The translations under genes were made by a program, and so were the position numbers. The notes beneath the pieces are model-generated. The model did not search any database, was not told the DNA's origin, and saw nothing but the letters and a program-made list of their open reading frames with translations. Shown here piece by piece: positions 11,614 to 36,000 of a stretch of DNA of 64,000 nt. Each line of letters opens with the position of its first letter. The stretch's first letter is position 1. Source of the stretch: Yuukianura sp. NJ FZ-2021 (lineage: Eukaryota); assembly GCA_046563655.1 (NCBI GenBank), contig CM102284.1, positions 8,680,001 through 8,744,000 of the forward strand, written 5' to 3'.

Positions 11614-13991
11614 TACAGAAACATAATTTTAAATAGTTTAAGGCTAACTTTTGGTTATGAAAAAAAAACTGCACAGCAGGAGATTGTAATTGCTGTCAGT
11701 TCAAGATGGGGTGACTGTTCTGTCGCTTTTTGAGTTTTTAGTTAAGACCGTTATGCAATCAAGACAGGAATGCTTGTGCTGGGCTACTTTTGCATATGTC
11801 CATTAATAACTTTGTTAATTAAAGGTGCTAAAATCTCCCCCTGAGTCAGTGTCCTTTCATTCCTGTCAGTTTAGGTACAAAGGTCACGGTCCACTGCACT
11901 CTAACTTAACTTTACAGTAGTCTGTAGCCACGTTGCAACACTAAAACTCTCTTTTTACTCTTGAGCCACTTCCGGTCGTTTACATTTTAATGTACACTCT
12001 GTAATTTAAGTTTACTTTTTGGATTTGTTCGTTGTGTGTTGAATTGGGTCCCATTTTGTTGTGTGACAGGGACGATTGGATTCCGTGACTGGTGAGCAGA
12101 AACTAATTTGAATTGTTCCAGCCCCCCTAAGGCCACTCACCTCAATGTTCTCACTTCCGGCGACCATCAACCATCTCACTGTCACCAATTGACAAGATTC
12201 AAATTTTGGCGCTACTTTTTAACTTGGCAAAATGGTCATCGTTACACGCGTAAGTCAAATTTTAACTGCCATTGCTACGAAAATGAAACAATTTTTGCGT
12301 GCTTTTACGCCATGGAGTTTTTTCTTATACTGATTCCACTTGTTTTCTGTTTTCAAAAATCAGTTTGCACGGTGCAACGGTACGTTTTTTTTTAACTTTT
12401 TAAAGCGTTAAAACTTTAAAGCTTGTTTAGTTACCTTGGAATAGTGGGATTTTTTTGAAAACATTTTTAACTAAAACTTAATAGTACAATTTATTAGTTG
12501 ATTATTGGTGGTTATTCATTTAAAGAGTGATTATTCAGTGAAAAATTTTTGAAGGTATGAAAATTGAAAATTTTCAAAATCTGAATCAAGTGTAAAAACT
12601 AATTTTGATAAAAAGTTGTGTAATGGTTTCAATTTGCGAGAGAAAGGGAGTGGAAGTCTTTGCAAAAACTTGGGTGTGGCCCCCTGCAGACTAAAATCGC
12701 AGGAAGTATGCCACCCTGATCACTTTTTTTTTTCAAAACTCCACAAGAGTGGTTTAGTAGCTCAAAAATTAAATTTTGAGCTTCCGAAATTTCAATTTTA
12801 GAAATAATTTGTAAAAAATGATGATGATGCATATTGCATGTATAGAAAATTGTGAAATAACGGCAATTTACCATTTTGGTTTAGTTTCCTTTGCGTCATC
12901 TTTGGACTATTATACTTAGAAGATGAGCTATTAAAGAAAAAACGCGTGTGAGGTTTTTAATTAACCGTAATTGCTTTCATTTTAATTTCAAAATCGTCAC
13001 TAATTTTTGAAAATTATGCATTCAATAACACTAAATAGAAGCAGTTTTGGAAAAATGAAGCTAAAAACGATTGTTTTTCATGTGATTTGAATGTCAAAAA
13101 GATTTTTTGGTGACTTCTGAAAAGTGGGAAGCGGAAGCTCCCACTTCCGCTCTTTTGACTTTGGAATTGTTTCCGGTTGCGCTTAAATTTTACTTTCGTA
13201 CTTTTTCAGCGAAATTTCGAAGAACCGTAGCGAAAACGAGGATTTTTGGTAGGGTGTTGCTGTAACTGTCTAAAAAGTCTAAAAACGTAAAAATTTAAAT
13301 TGAAAATCAAACCGAAGCAGAACAATTTGTACTAGTACTAACTGTAAAATCTTTGAATTTTGAAATGAAAGATGAAATCTTCAGTTTTTCAATTGATGTC
13401 GTCAGTGTCGCTGAACTGATTTCGTGGAACACAACACAATCGAAACATGACTCACCTAACTTATTGTATTCAAAATTTTATCTTTGTTATGTTATGTTTT
13501 TGAATTGACGTTGGCAAATTTGTCATCTTTGAAAACGTCGCAAATTTGTCAACCCCAAATTTGTCAATTGGTTTTAGATTTTTAAAACCTTCCAATTTCT
13601 GCGACTCGAAATTGATGGTTTGACGTAAAGGTCGCAAATCTTGATCATTTTGAAAAAAAAAATCTAAAAGCTAATTTTCGATTTGCGATCTTGCAACACT
13701 TACTCCATAACCTAGTCATTTGTTAGTTTTAATCTAACACAAAAAATGTTATCTTGAGAGGTTCCGACTGATAATCGCTGCAAAATCCTAAAAGTGACGC
13801 TTGTGTGATACTGCGAAGCGACACTTTTCAATTGATTTCCAACCGAGATAGATCCGTTGCACTATAAGAGGTTGGTTAGTTTTAGAGTGAGCAATATTGG
13901 CAATATTGGACGATATTGTCCAATACAATATTGTTTGTGCAGTATTGTTAGGTGCTAGATTTGTAGTTGGACGATATTTGTGTGTAGCATT

Positions 13992-24960
<10,969 letters not shown>

Positions 24961-25263
24961 GGTCGAAAGGTCAATCGAGGTCAAAGGTCAATCAAGGTCA
25001 AACGGTCAATTGAGGTCAATCGCACGAATGCACTGGAGAGTATACGGTATGCCTGGAATTTTTTAAGGAAATTGTTAAGTTTAATTTTGTCTAAAAAGTA
25101 AGAAATCCGTTTCTGTTATTTTATTATCCTAAAAAGTAAAATTTTGATTTCAATCGTCCTTGGTCTATTTAACACTTTGGAGGAATCTTATTCACAATAC
25201 TTGTTCAAAATTTTGGTTTTAAAAAAAAGTGTTTTTGAAAAAAGCTGAAAACGTTTTCAAAAT

Positions 25264-27619
25264 TCAGTTTTCATCTTCTTCTACAGCGGTTTTGGCTTTT
25301 GGAGGTTCGGGTTTCGGTGGTTCAAGATTTTCCGCGTCTTCTTTTTCCTTAGCCGCCATTTCACGTTTCATTTGAATCAAATTCAAAATGAAATTGTCAA
25401 ATTTTTCTAGAAATGGAATCGACAAATTTTGGTCAAAATTTCATAAAAAGTTCAAAATGCTTTTCGAAATTTTGATTTTTAGCTCACCGTGACCTGCCAC
25501 TTCATGAAGGTCATGCACGGTTTGGACCGTTGTGTTGTTGACATCCCAAGTACTTTGATGGAACGGATCTGCACGAGCAGCTTTACGACGTTTGACATAG
25601 GCTCGCCAAAGGTCAAGAAACTTCCGCATGATGGACAGAATGCGCTGGTGGTTGATTTTTCGTTGTTCCGTCAACGCGGCTTTGTTGGAAAAAAATTTTT
25701 TCAAAATTTTGAAAATTGTTCAAAATTTGACCTTTGACCTTGACTTACGAAACTGTTGGCGATGTTCCTCCATCCGCTGTTGATACTCTTCACGACGCCT
25801 CTTCCGATCGAATTCCAGCCGAGCCATGACTTCTCTCCGCTTGGCCAGTTCTCGCGTCTGCGCAGCTGATTTGGCCATCATCATTTCAGATTTCTTGGTT
25901 CCAAAACATTATTTTCAAAAATTTAAAAAAAATTTTTTTTTTAGAAAAACTTCAAAATTTTGATTCTTTACCTTGAGTGACCTGACAAGTTCCTTTCGCA
26001 TTTTTGTAATGTAGGCCATGAGTTCAGCCCGGGCTTGTTTCTCCATCATTTGAACTCGTCTGCATCCAGTATCTGCACTTTCTCGTTCACACTTCAATTT
26101 TTCGCGCTGTTGGCGCATGTATTCAGCACATTCATCAGCCGCTTTCTTCTTGGCTGCAAGCGCCTTACGACGCTCTTCACGAAATCGCTTCAGCCGAATT
26201 GCATCTTCCCGCAGTTTGGCTTTCAATCTAAGAAACACAAAGAATCTTAGAAATCGCTGATTTTCAAAATCGCTGAATTCCAAAATCGCTTTACAGTCTT
26301 AGACGCTCTTCGATGACAAGTTTTTGTCTCTCTCGTGCCAATGCATTTCTGACTTGGTAGTCGTCGTTTGTAGCCAAATACGCACGCAAATCTCTCTCAA
26401 GTGTATGTTGGTAGTTCAGTCGCTCTTCCTGGATTTTCAAAATTTCAAATTCAAAAACTGAATTTTTTTTTGAAAAAGTGAAAATTTTGTAGTTACCTCA
26501 GCCCTTAGTGCTTTTTCGAGTTGGTTAATTTGGAAATGCTCCAAATATTCTCTGTAATGATTCAATTCCTTCTGGGTACAAACTACTTCTGCGTCTTTGG
26601 TAATGAGTCCTTGTTTCTCCAGTAGTTTTTGAACGTGTGGTTTTTTAAAATAGCGGTGAGTGGCTGGATCGTGGAGGGCGTTGTACTCACTAGAAGGCAA
26701 GAAGTTCCAGGTATTAAGGGGATCCACGGTGGTGTAGTCACGGTGACGGTCAGCACGGTACAAAGGTTGGTTCAGTTGACCGCGGGAGTAGACGAAAGCG
26801 TCAATTGGAACCAACGGCAACTTTCTGCTTAAAGACCAATCAATCCACGCTGGAAAATGCATTTTTGGAATGTAGCCGTCCGGTTTCGGAATCTTTTCCA
26901 TCATGGCTCCAAGTCTCGTACGGCGGGGAAACGTCAAGCTAAAAAAGTGGGAAAGTTGGAATTTTACGGTATTTTAGTGCTTTCAGTCTCTGTTTGCCCC
27001 ACAATTTTCTCCGTTTTCTCCTTTTTTAGATGAATTTCCACTTTCCCAACAGAATTTTTAGTTTTCCTTTAGAATTTCCACTTTTTCATTAGAATTTGTA
27101 CTTTTTCGTGTAGAATTTTCACTTTTTTTCCTTAGAATTTTCCCTTATTTCTTTAGAATTTTAACTTTTCCCTTAACATTTTCTATTTTACATTAATCAT
27201 TTTCACATCCCCTTATAATTTTCACTTTTCCCCTAAATTTTTGAATATTCCACCCAGAATTTTTAGTTTACCCTCACACTTTTCACTTTTCCCTTCATAT
27301 TTTTCACTTTTCACGTCATAATTTTCAGTTTTCCCCTCATAATTTTTAGTTTTCCGCAATAATTTTTAGATTTTTAATTTTCAAAATTTTGCAGTCACCT
27401 GGCTAGGGGTGGCAAGTCGGTTTCGGCAATCAAGGGCTCTGCTTCGTCTGCAGGGCGACATTCTGCATTGTAGTCCTTTTCAATGAAGGTGTTGGAAGTG
27501 GCTGGCAGGAGCCCTTCCGTTGCAAGATCAGTCACCATTAACCTGCTGGCATCACGGATACGCTGGGCAGAACTGAGGTTGTTCTCGTTCAGAGCATTCC
27601 GACCTAACTCTTCCTCCAT
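25264..27619 (-). CDS. Coiled-coil protein with FSIP2 N-terminal-like domain
   Basis: EYNALHDPATHRYFKKPHVQKLLEKQGLITKDAEVVCTQKELNHYREYL resembles the FSIP2 N-terminal YKSLHDP..GYIT..VVCTLRELNKYRQYL motif, followed by charged coiled-coil exons ending PKAKTAVEEDEN*. Confidence 0.7.
27000..27385. repeat. Degenerate ~20-bp tandem/low-complexity repeat (AGAATTTTCACTTTTCCCTT-like) in an intron
   Basis: Repeated AATTT(T/C)CACTTTT(T/C)CC units fill the first intron of the FSIP2-like gene. Confidence 0.7.
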
Positions 27620-28350
27620 TGTTTCAACCTTAATTGCAGTTAAGCTAATTAAACTTAAATTAGCCTCAATTTAACTACAAATTATGATTTTTCGAAATTT
27701 GGAATTTGTGTTTTCAAAATGAAAAGTAACTGAAGTGAGTTGTTGACTTTAAAAACTATGGAGAGGAATCACTTCCTCGAGAAAACGAATTTCAGCTTTT
27801 CGTTTTTGAAGTATTTTGAAACTTTCAAGTTTTCTTCATTTTGCTCTCATTTACCCTCCATGGGTTTCAGTAAATAATTTTTTGGAACTCTATGGTAACA
27901 AATTTAAAACCGTTTTCAAAAAAGTTGAATTTTTTGAAATTCCGTACCTTCCATCATGTTTTTATTAGTTTGCTGAAATTTTCGTTAGAAGTTCTAAACT
28001 CAAGCGGAATTTTGAAACGGACGGATTCGTCATGAAGCGGTGATGTCCGAGCACAATCCTTGATTTTTCAAAAACCACAAGAATTGCGTTTGGACAATCA
28101 AAGCTTTCAATCCGAAAAATGTTGAAAATCTTCAAAAATCTTGAAAAATTGTTGAAAATCTTGAAAACTCCTAGAAAATCTTCGTCCCAGTTGAGCTGAA
28201 GTTGCAGATTTAAAGTTGCACTGAAACGGGATTCGTCGTAAAATGATCCCGTAGAACAGGATTTCAAAAAAAAAGAGAATTTTTTGAAAACTGGTTTTCC
28301 AACTGTTCAAAATTTTGGAACGAGTCGTTACGTAGAGAAGTAGCCTCACT

Positions 28351-28987
28351 CAAGGGCCCCCGTGAGCTCACTCTGCTTCCGCGGTGACGTCGCTCGCTGG
28401 AATGATTGTGACCGAAGGGCCCCTCCGTCCTTTTAAAGTCCCCCTGCCAAAGAGAGACCAACTGCTCTCCTTATTTTGTGTATTCACCGCCTGTTCCTTG
28501 GAAGGGGCCCTTAAGACCGAACGGATGACGACTAACGATACCCTTAAGTTTCCTGGACGCGTGCCAAGAAGAAGAAGAGAGACTTAAGGGCCCCCGGTCC
28601 AACTGCTTTTAAAATTTAAAAGACCAGGTGCTGGCCACAAGATGCAGAAGATGAGGGGCCCTTGGACGGATGGATGAAGGGGGCCCTTGGACGAAGGGCC
28701 GTCCAACTTCCTTTTCCTTTTGTTCCGGACACAATGAAGGGTCCAGGTGCCCTTAGAACATTGTGCTAGTCAGTAAGTATAAATAATGCAACGGACGAAA
28801 CAACTTCCTTTCTGGACACAAAAAAGCGTCGCAGATGCTTTTCTAAAAAAAACACTTTTTGAAAAGTTTTTTTTTGTTTGAAAATTGCAGCCGCTCGCTT
28901 GAGCTTCTGCCTGCAGGCTGACACAAAAGGAAGTGGCTGGTTCTGGACTTTTAAAGGGCTCCTTCCGTTTTTCGGAGAGAGCCCTTT
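28351..28987. other. GC-richer intergenic island of AAGGGCCCC inverted repeats and hairpins
   Basis: Six AAGGGCCCC/GGGGCCCTT copies between 28351 and 28689. Hairpin AAAGGGCTC-C-TTCCG-TTTTT-CGGAG-A-GAGCCCTTT at 28953-28987. Confidence 0.6.
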
Positions 28988-29712
28988 GTCATACTGGTGA
29001 CCCTTTGTAAATCCTGGTGGCAGGGGGACCCTTATTATGAAAATTTCGGTTCGAATCAAATTGAATTTTCCTGGATAGCGGCTGCTGCTGCAGTCGTTTT
29101 GTCAGGGATTCCTTTTTTGAAACGAATTTGGAATTTGAGTTTAAGAGTTTTGTTTGAACAAGCGCGTGTGTGGGTGCTGCTTTGAACTAAAATTTTGACC
29201 ATGACCTACGCTTTTTCGAAATTTTATTTTTTGGAGGAGAAAAATGAAATAGGAGGAGACGCGTGTCCCATTGTTGAAAAGTGACAATAGAAAGCCGCCC
29301 GTCGATCAAACTCTGCTTTCTAGCTGGGTACTAAAAATAACTGATGGATTTTCGGTGTATTTGATCCTGAAGAATTCATTCAACTTCAGAATTTTTGTCA
29401 AAAAATGCCGATTTTCTGTGCTTTTGAATTTTTTTTTCAAGAAAAGTTTAAGAAAAATTTTGATAAAATTGTCTCAATTTTTCCTTGAATCTGAAATGGA
29501 GGGAACAAATTTCTCAGTTTGAATTTCATGCGGCTCTTTCACTTTTTTTTTAACAAAATGCAAAATAAATTGCAGTTTTTCCGTAATTAAACTCTAATTA
29601 ATCATTAATCAACGTTAAACTTACGTAATTACTTGATTAACGCTTTAGCTTTACAGTTTTAGTTATTAAGTAGCTACTACGAACGTTACAGCTGCTGAAG
29701 GGGCAAATCAAG

Positions 29713-32706
29713 ATGCTGCATAGAGCGATAAATCAGTACTGCCGAAGGGCCGTTCGTTTTTATTCGTCGCAAGCTAAATTTTCCAAGGAAGTTACGCATT
29801 ATGACCTCAACCGGATACGAAACATTGGAATTTCAGCACACATTGACAGTGGGAAGACGACAGTCACCGAGAGAATACTGTTTTATACGGGAAGGATTGA
29901 GGAAATGCATGAAGTAATTGGGCGTTTAGATTCATCATGATTTTTATGTAATTTGGAATTGAAGACTGATAGAAATCCTTGTGGTTTAGGTAAAGGGAAA
30001 GGACAATGTCGGAGCCACAATGGATTCAATGGAACTGGAGCGACAACGGGGCATAACAATCCAATCAGCAGCAACTTACACTGTCTGGAAGGATTATAAC
30101 ATTAACATCATTGATACGCCAGGTTCTTGTCCATTCTCGTTTACCGTTTTCCACTTTTTGCGAATTCTGAAATGCTAAATTCCAAAATTTCAGGTCACGT
30201 CGACTTTACAGTAGAAGTGGAACGAGCCCTGAGAGTTCTGGATGGCGCCATTTTGGTTCTTTGCTCAGTCGGGGGAGTTCAATCTCAGACTCTAACGGTG
30301 AATCGGCAGATGAAACGCTACAGTGTTCCATGTGTAGCCTTTATAAACAAGTTGGATCGACTTGCTGCCAATCCTTATCGAGTTCTAGGGCAGTTACGCT
30401 CCAAACTAGCTCACAATGCTGCTTTACTCCATTTGCCAATTGGATTAGAATCTGACTTTGGAGGAATCGTTGACATCATGGAGAGGAAGGCTTTGTATTT
30501 CGACGGACCATTTGGGTAACTTTATTAATATCCATTGCAATTTGAATTCAAGTGATACCGTTGTAATTCGTATCGTTTAGTGACATCATTCGAGAGGATG
30601 AAGTACCTAAGGATATGCGTCAACAGACGGAGGACTACCGACAAGAACTTATCGAACACGTTTCAAATGCGGATGAACAACTTGGTGAAATTTTTCTGGA
30701 AGAGAGGGAACCCACTGTCAAAGAACTGAAAGGTACTGATCTGTTATTCCAGGAACTGAAAGATATTTTTCATTTTCATTGCTTGATTACAGATGCCATC
30801 CGTCGTGCCACTTTGAAACGTCAATTTACTCCAGTCCTACTTGGTTCTGCTTTGAAAAACAAAGGAGTTCAGCCTCTTCTGGATTCCGTAATTGACTATC
30901 TCCCAAATCCATCTGAAGTAGACAACTTCGCTTATACTGCAGAGGATGGAGCAACTACTGAAGAAGGCTATGTTGCTCCAGTCGTCGGGGAACAGACTGA
31001 CAAGTAAGGCTGAACGGAACTACGGTAATCTCGTGGCTTATGGCGATGTCAAAACTTTTTTGAAAATTTTGATTCTTGAATTCATTTCAGTAACAATCTT
31101 GTCCGTATTAAGATGAATCCTGAAAGATCAGGCAAATTTCCATTTGTCGGACTCGCTTTCAAGTTAGAAGCAGGGCGATTCGGTCAGCTTACTTACATTC
31201 GTGTTTATCAAGGAATGCTGAAGAAGGGAGAAACTATATTCAATTCTAGAACTACGAAAAAGGTTAGTTCAAAACTCAAATCGCTGAATTTACCCAACGA
31301 AAGTTGATTTATAAACGTTTTTTATAAACTTGTAAACGTTTAAAAACGTTTTTTTAACTTTCAGATAAAAGTTTCACGACTCGTCCGCCTCCATGCAGAT
31401 CAAATGGAAGATGTACCGGAAGTATATGCTGGCGACATTTGTGCTTTGTTTGGAGTGGATTGTGCCAGTGGTGACTCTTTTGTGTCCAAACGGGACATGC
31501 AGATCTCAATGGAGTCAATGCACGTTCCAGATCCAGTGATATCCATGTCCATCAAACCAGCTGATTCTCAAGACATGTCACATTTTGCTCGAGCAGTGGC
31601 TAGATTTACAAAAGAAGATCCCACTTATCACATAAGGTATGACGAAGATAACAAAGAAACAATTGCTTCTGGAATGGGGGAATTGCATCTGGAAATCTAC
31701 GCACAGGTACGATTTACTTGAAAGTGGAGATCCCAAGCCAAGCCAGTGCTTCGAAGTATTGGATATACTTCGGAGATATTTTTGACTGAGATACTTTGTT
31801 CTGTTTTTAGCGAATGGAGAGAGAGTACAATTGTCCAGTTGTTATGGGTAAACCGAAAGTATCTTTCCGTGAATCCTTAGTATCTCCTTGTGAATTCGAT
31901 TATCTACACAAGAAGCAAAGTGGTGGATCTGGTCAATTTGGGCGCGTCATTGGTATTCTAGAGGTATTTAAAAAAAACATTTTGAAAGAATTTTGTTTCG
32001 GAAATATTAGGATTTGTTTTTTAAAATTTTTCTCTAGCCTCTACCACCACATGAAAACACGAAGCTTCTATTTCAAGATGAAACTGTTGGAACAAACGTT
32101 CCGAAACCGTTTGTTCCTGCTATCGAGAAAGGATTTAGGATGAGTTGTGAACGTGGATATCTATCGGGACAGCGTGTTGCTGGAGTCAAATTTCGACTTA
32201 TCGACGGAGCCCATCACATTGTCGACTCAAACGAAATTTCATTTATCCAAGCTGCTCAAGGAGCCATGAGACAAGGTCAGTGGCAAAAAAATTACAATTT
32301 TTGTTTTTAAAGATGAAGGTGATTGACTATTTTGTGTGTGTTAGTTGCTGAAATGGGAAGTTGGCAGATCTTGGAGCCTGTGATGCTGGTAGAAGTCACT
32401 GCTCCAATAGAATTCCAGGGTGTAGTGCTGGGACAAATGAGCAAAAGGAGTGGAGTCATCACCGGGACGGATGCTACTGATGGCTGGTTTACCGTAACTG
32501 CTGAAGTTCCGCTGAACAATATGTTTGGATACTCCAGTGAAATCCGGTCAACTACTCAAGGCAAAGGTGAATTCTCGATGGAGTACTCCAGATATACACC
32601 CACAACTCCGAGTGTCCAGGAAGAACTAGTCAGACTGCACCGAGAGGAGATGGAAGGAGGCTCTTCGTCAATACAACAACAAGCTGCCAAGAAGAAGAAG
32701 AATTGA
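29713..32706 (+). CDS. GFM1: Mitochondrial elongation factor G1
   Basis: Mitochondrial presequence-like N-terminus, [67 protein letters not shown], ends KKKKN*. Confidence 0.96.
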
Positions 32707-33062
32707 TGTTCTTTTTGCGTTAGTTATAGTTTATAGTTGATACGCCTTAATTAATGGTTAATTGACCTAATGTAATAAATTTTTAAACTAAAACTTCCCT
32801 TGTTTTGATTTTCATTTCAGATTTTTTGTTTGTAACTTAGCCCAGCTGAAGAGGGATGCCCGGATGGATTCGTTGAGAAATTCTTGCGGAACTTTCAACT
32901 TTTTTGTTTACAAATTCAGAATTCAATTCAATCCAAAGCCAAACTCTTCCTTCCCAAAATGGATTGGATAACTTCTGGATTTGACTTTTCCGGCTTATCC
33001 AATTATCAAGGAAGTTAAGCATCGTTGAACTTTGACATAAACTTAAGTACAAGTGGAATGTC

Positions 33063-36000
33063 ATGTCATACCTATGGTAAGAGTATGGTAATCTTACCAA
33101 CCAAAAGTATAGTCTTACTGTAAGACTACTACTTTTGGCTTTCAAATGTTGACATTAGTAAATTGAAATAATTCTTTAATTCTTTTTTTTCAGGAATACC
33201 GATTTAAGAGTGAATCAGCGTAAGCTAAGAAGCAAAGTAAAGTCGAGGCGAGAACCAACAGTGAAACACCCACTGGAAGTTGCAGTCGCTTCGAGCAATG
33301 ACACATCGTCACCGGTAAAGAGCCCTTTGATAGGGCCCCTTTGTGTTTAGACAAAATTATCATGTCGCTTTTTTAACTTAAGTCTTGGTTTGTTGTGTTT
33401 TGGTTGAATAGCGAAAGGTATCGGCGAAGAATGTGCTGGACGGGGACGTGAACTTGGCTGAACTTGATCCTTTGACACGCATGTCAGTTACTGATGGAGA
33501 CAGTGTCACCAGTGACGGATTCACGCGCTCATCAAAAGATTCCTTTGAACCATGGGTGGTCAAGAAGATGGCAATTCTACAGAAGTTCACAACAAACGAG
33601 AAATTGTCCATCACCACTTCTGTGTACTCAAGTGGTAACACTGGAGCCAATGGTAAGACTAATCATTATATGCTGGAGTGCTAGAATACTTGCCAGCAGT
33701 TTCTTCTGACGTTTATATTTTCTGTAGAAATGCGTGGGGTGAGTGAAAAAGTGCTCCATCGTCTGGAACAACTGGACTTGGACACTGGAAGTAAACAGTT
33801 TTATGGAGGCTTGACTCAGGATGAGTACACTACCAAGGTACAGAATATACATTGATTACATAGAGCTAATTAGTTATCGATGACGCTGATTAATTGTCGT
33901 TTTTAGATTAATCAATTGGACCAGCAGCTGACACAAGCTTGGCAAGCTGATATGAGAGTCAACGCCCTTAAAATTGCTATTCAGTGCTGCAAACTGCTGA
34001 ATGATACTTCCGTAATTTACTTTTACCCAAGCAAGTTTGTAATCATAACGGACATTCTGGATAAGTTTGGAAACATGGTGTACACTCGCCTACGTGGAAA
34101 ACAGAGGTGAGACAAACAATTTAACGTTGACCTTTGACCTTTCCCTGAAGTGAACTTCATTTTTTCTTTTCTTTTGGTAGCGACGAACGTTCAGATGAAG
34201 TAGCAAAGGAAATGTGTAAAAATTGGTTCTACAAAGTTGGATCCATCCGAGAACTGCTGCCAAGGATTTTAATTGAACTTGCCATTCTCAAGTCCTCTGC
34301 ATTCATCACTCCCAGTCCAGACCATGGACGTGCTTTGAGTCGATTGTTGAGAAGCATGTGGGGGTTAGGATGTCCAGTTGTAGCAATTTACATGAGGTAA
34401 TTAACTCTTTCTGATTAGTTATCCATGAATTACAATTGATTAATTATCAATTAACTTGTCAATTGATTTGTGCAAGGTGTTACCTGTGTCGAGTAGCGAG
34501 AGAATTGGTTCCAGAACACAAAGAATTGTACATGCAGTGCTTCCAAGACTTACTCATACTCCATGACCAGGTTTGTGTAATCCGATACGTTTAGAAAACG
34601 ATTCCTCCAAAAAAGAAAATTTCGAAAACCAATTTCATTTTTTGTTTTTCAGGTTTTAGAAAATTTTCGAAATTCGCCGCAACTGGTTGTGGCCAAAGTA
34701 TCGATGGACCAGTACGTTACAGTGCTCCTTCCAGCAGTTGATTGGATTCTCCAGTGTCTCGTCCACCGTGGAGAACACTTACACTACACACTGAATCTCA
34801 TCTCAAGCATTCCATTATTGTAAGTTTCAAAATTTTGAGGTTTAGAAAAATTATAAACTTTTTCAGAAAGTAACTTTCACTTTTGTTTTTAGTTGGAAAT
34901 CAGTGTTGATGTCCTCATTGCTGACTTCGTTTCCTCCGTCGTTTATAGCCGAAGAGTGTCCACAAATCTTAGAAATCATTTTGACATTGGAGACAAACAT
35001 GCCTGGAATCGTGAAGAACTTGGGCATGTGTCTTCTCATTGCAGAACCACAAGCAGATCACATCAAAGATACTTGGAGAGCAATTTGGCCACAGATTAAG
35101 AAAATATTCTCAAGGGAGGAGTACTTGTCATGCTGCCAAGTTTGGGTGGAGTTTATGATCAAACATTTCAACGTAAGAGACACAAATCTTTGAAAAAGTT
35201 TGCTTGAAACTTCAGAATTTTGAAAATTTTAATTTTGGACAGATTGACACTGCCAATGAATTTTTGGAAGACGTTCTCATGCATGTTTCATACCGAGATG
35301 TGGAGCAGTTTCATGGAAAATTGTCCAACATTGTGGAGAAACTGCTGACTTATTCCAAGGATATAACTGTCCTGCTAACTTCAGTAAGTTAATTAACCTA
35401 AAATCTAAACTTAGTAAATTGTTGGATTAATTAAATTAAGTTGTTAGATTAATTATTGATTGGTTTTTGTTGATTCACTAGGATCCGTTTGTGAAACTCG
35501 TGTCAATGCTGGGAACAGATGCAATCAAGCCGGTACTGATCACTTTCAATACAAAACATTCCGAGTCACAGAGTGACGCTCTTCTAGTCAATACTCTAAT
35601 GCTCCTGGCCTCAAAACTACATGATTCCGTTGAGTAAGTGTTTGAATTTTTGAGAAAAGTTTTGAAAGTTTTTCAAAAATTCGAAAACTGTTGGAATTTT
35701 TAGTGCTCTGACACCTCTGGATGAAGTTAAGCAGATAGGCAGTATCATCAGTGGAGTCCTGCTGAGGATAAGCTACGGCCGAGATTTTGAGAAGCAGTTG
35801 CAATTCTACGATGAAGCTCGTGGATCTTTTACGAACATCGACTCTGTCCTGACACTGCTTGTTCATGTAAGGTGTTAACTTCAACTTAACTAATTAGTTT
35901 GTCATGACACCTCTGGCATGCATTTTGTAGAGCGTCTGTCGTCTGGGCATGTCCGTTCGTGAGGTGGTGGAAGGCCATCATACTAAAAGGACGAAAGGAT

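Noticed and set aside
28384-28587. 67-aa ORF in the GGGCCC island
   Set aside because: GTG start, no homology recognised, and explained by local GC richness.
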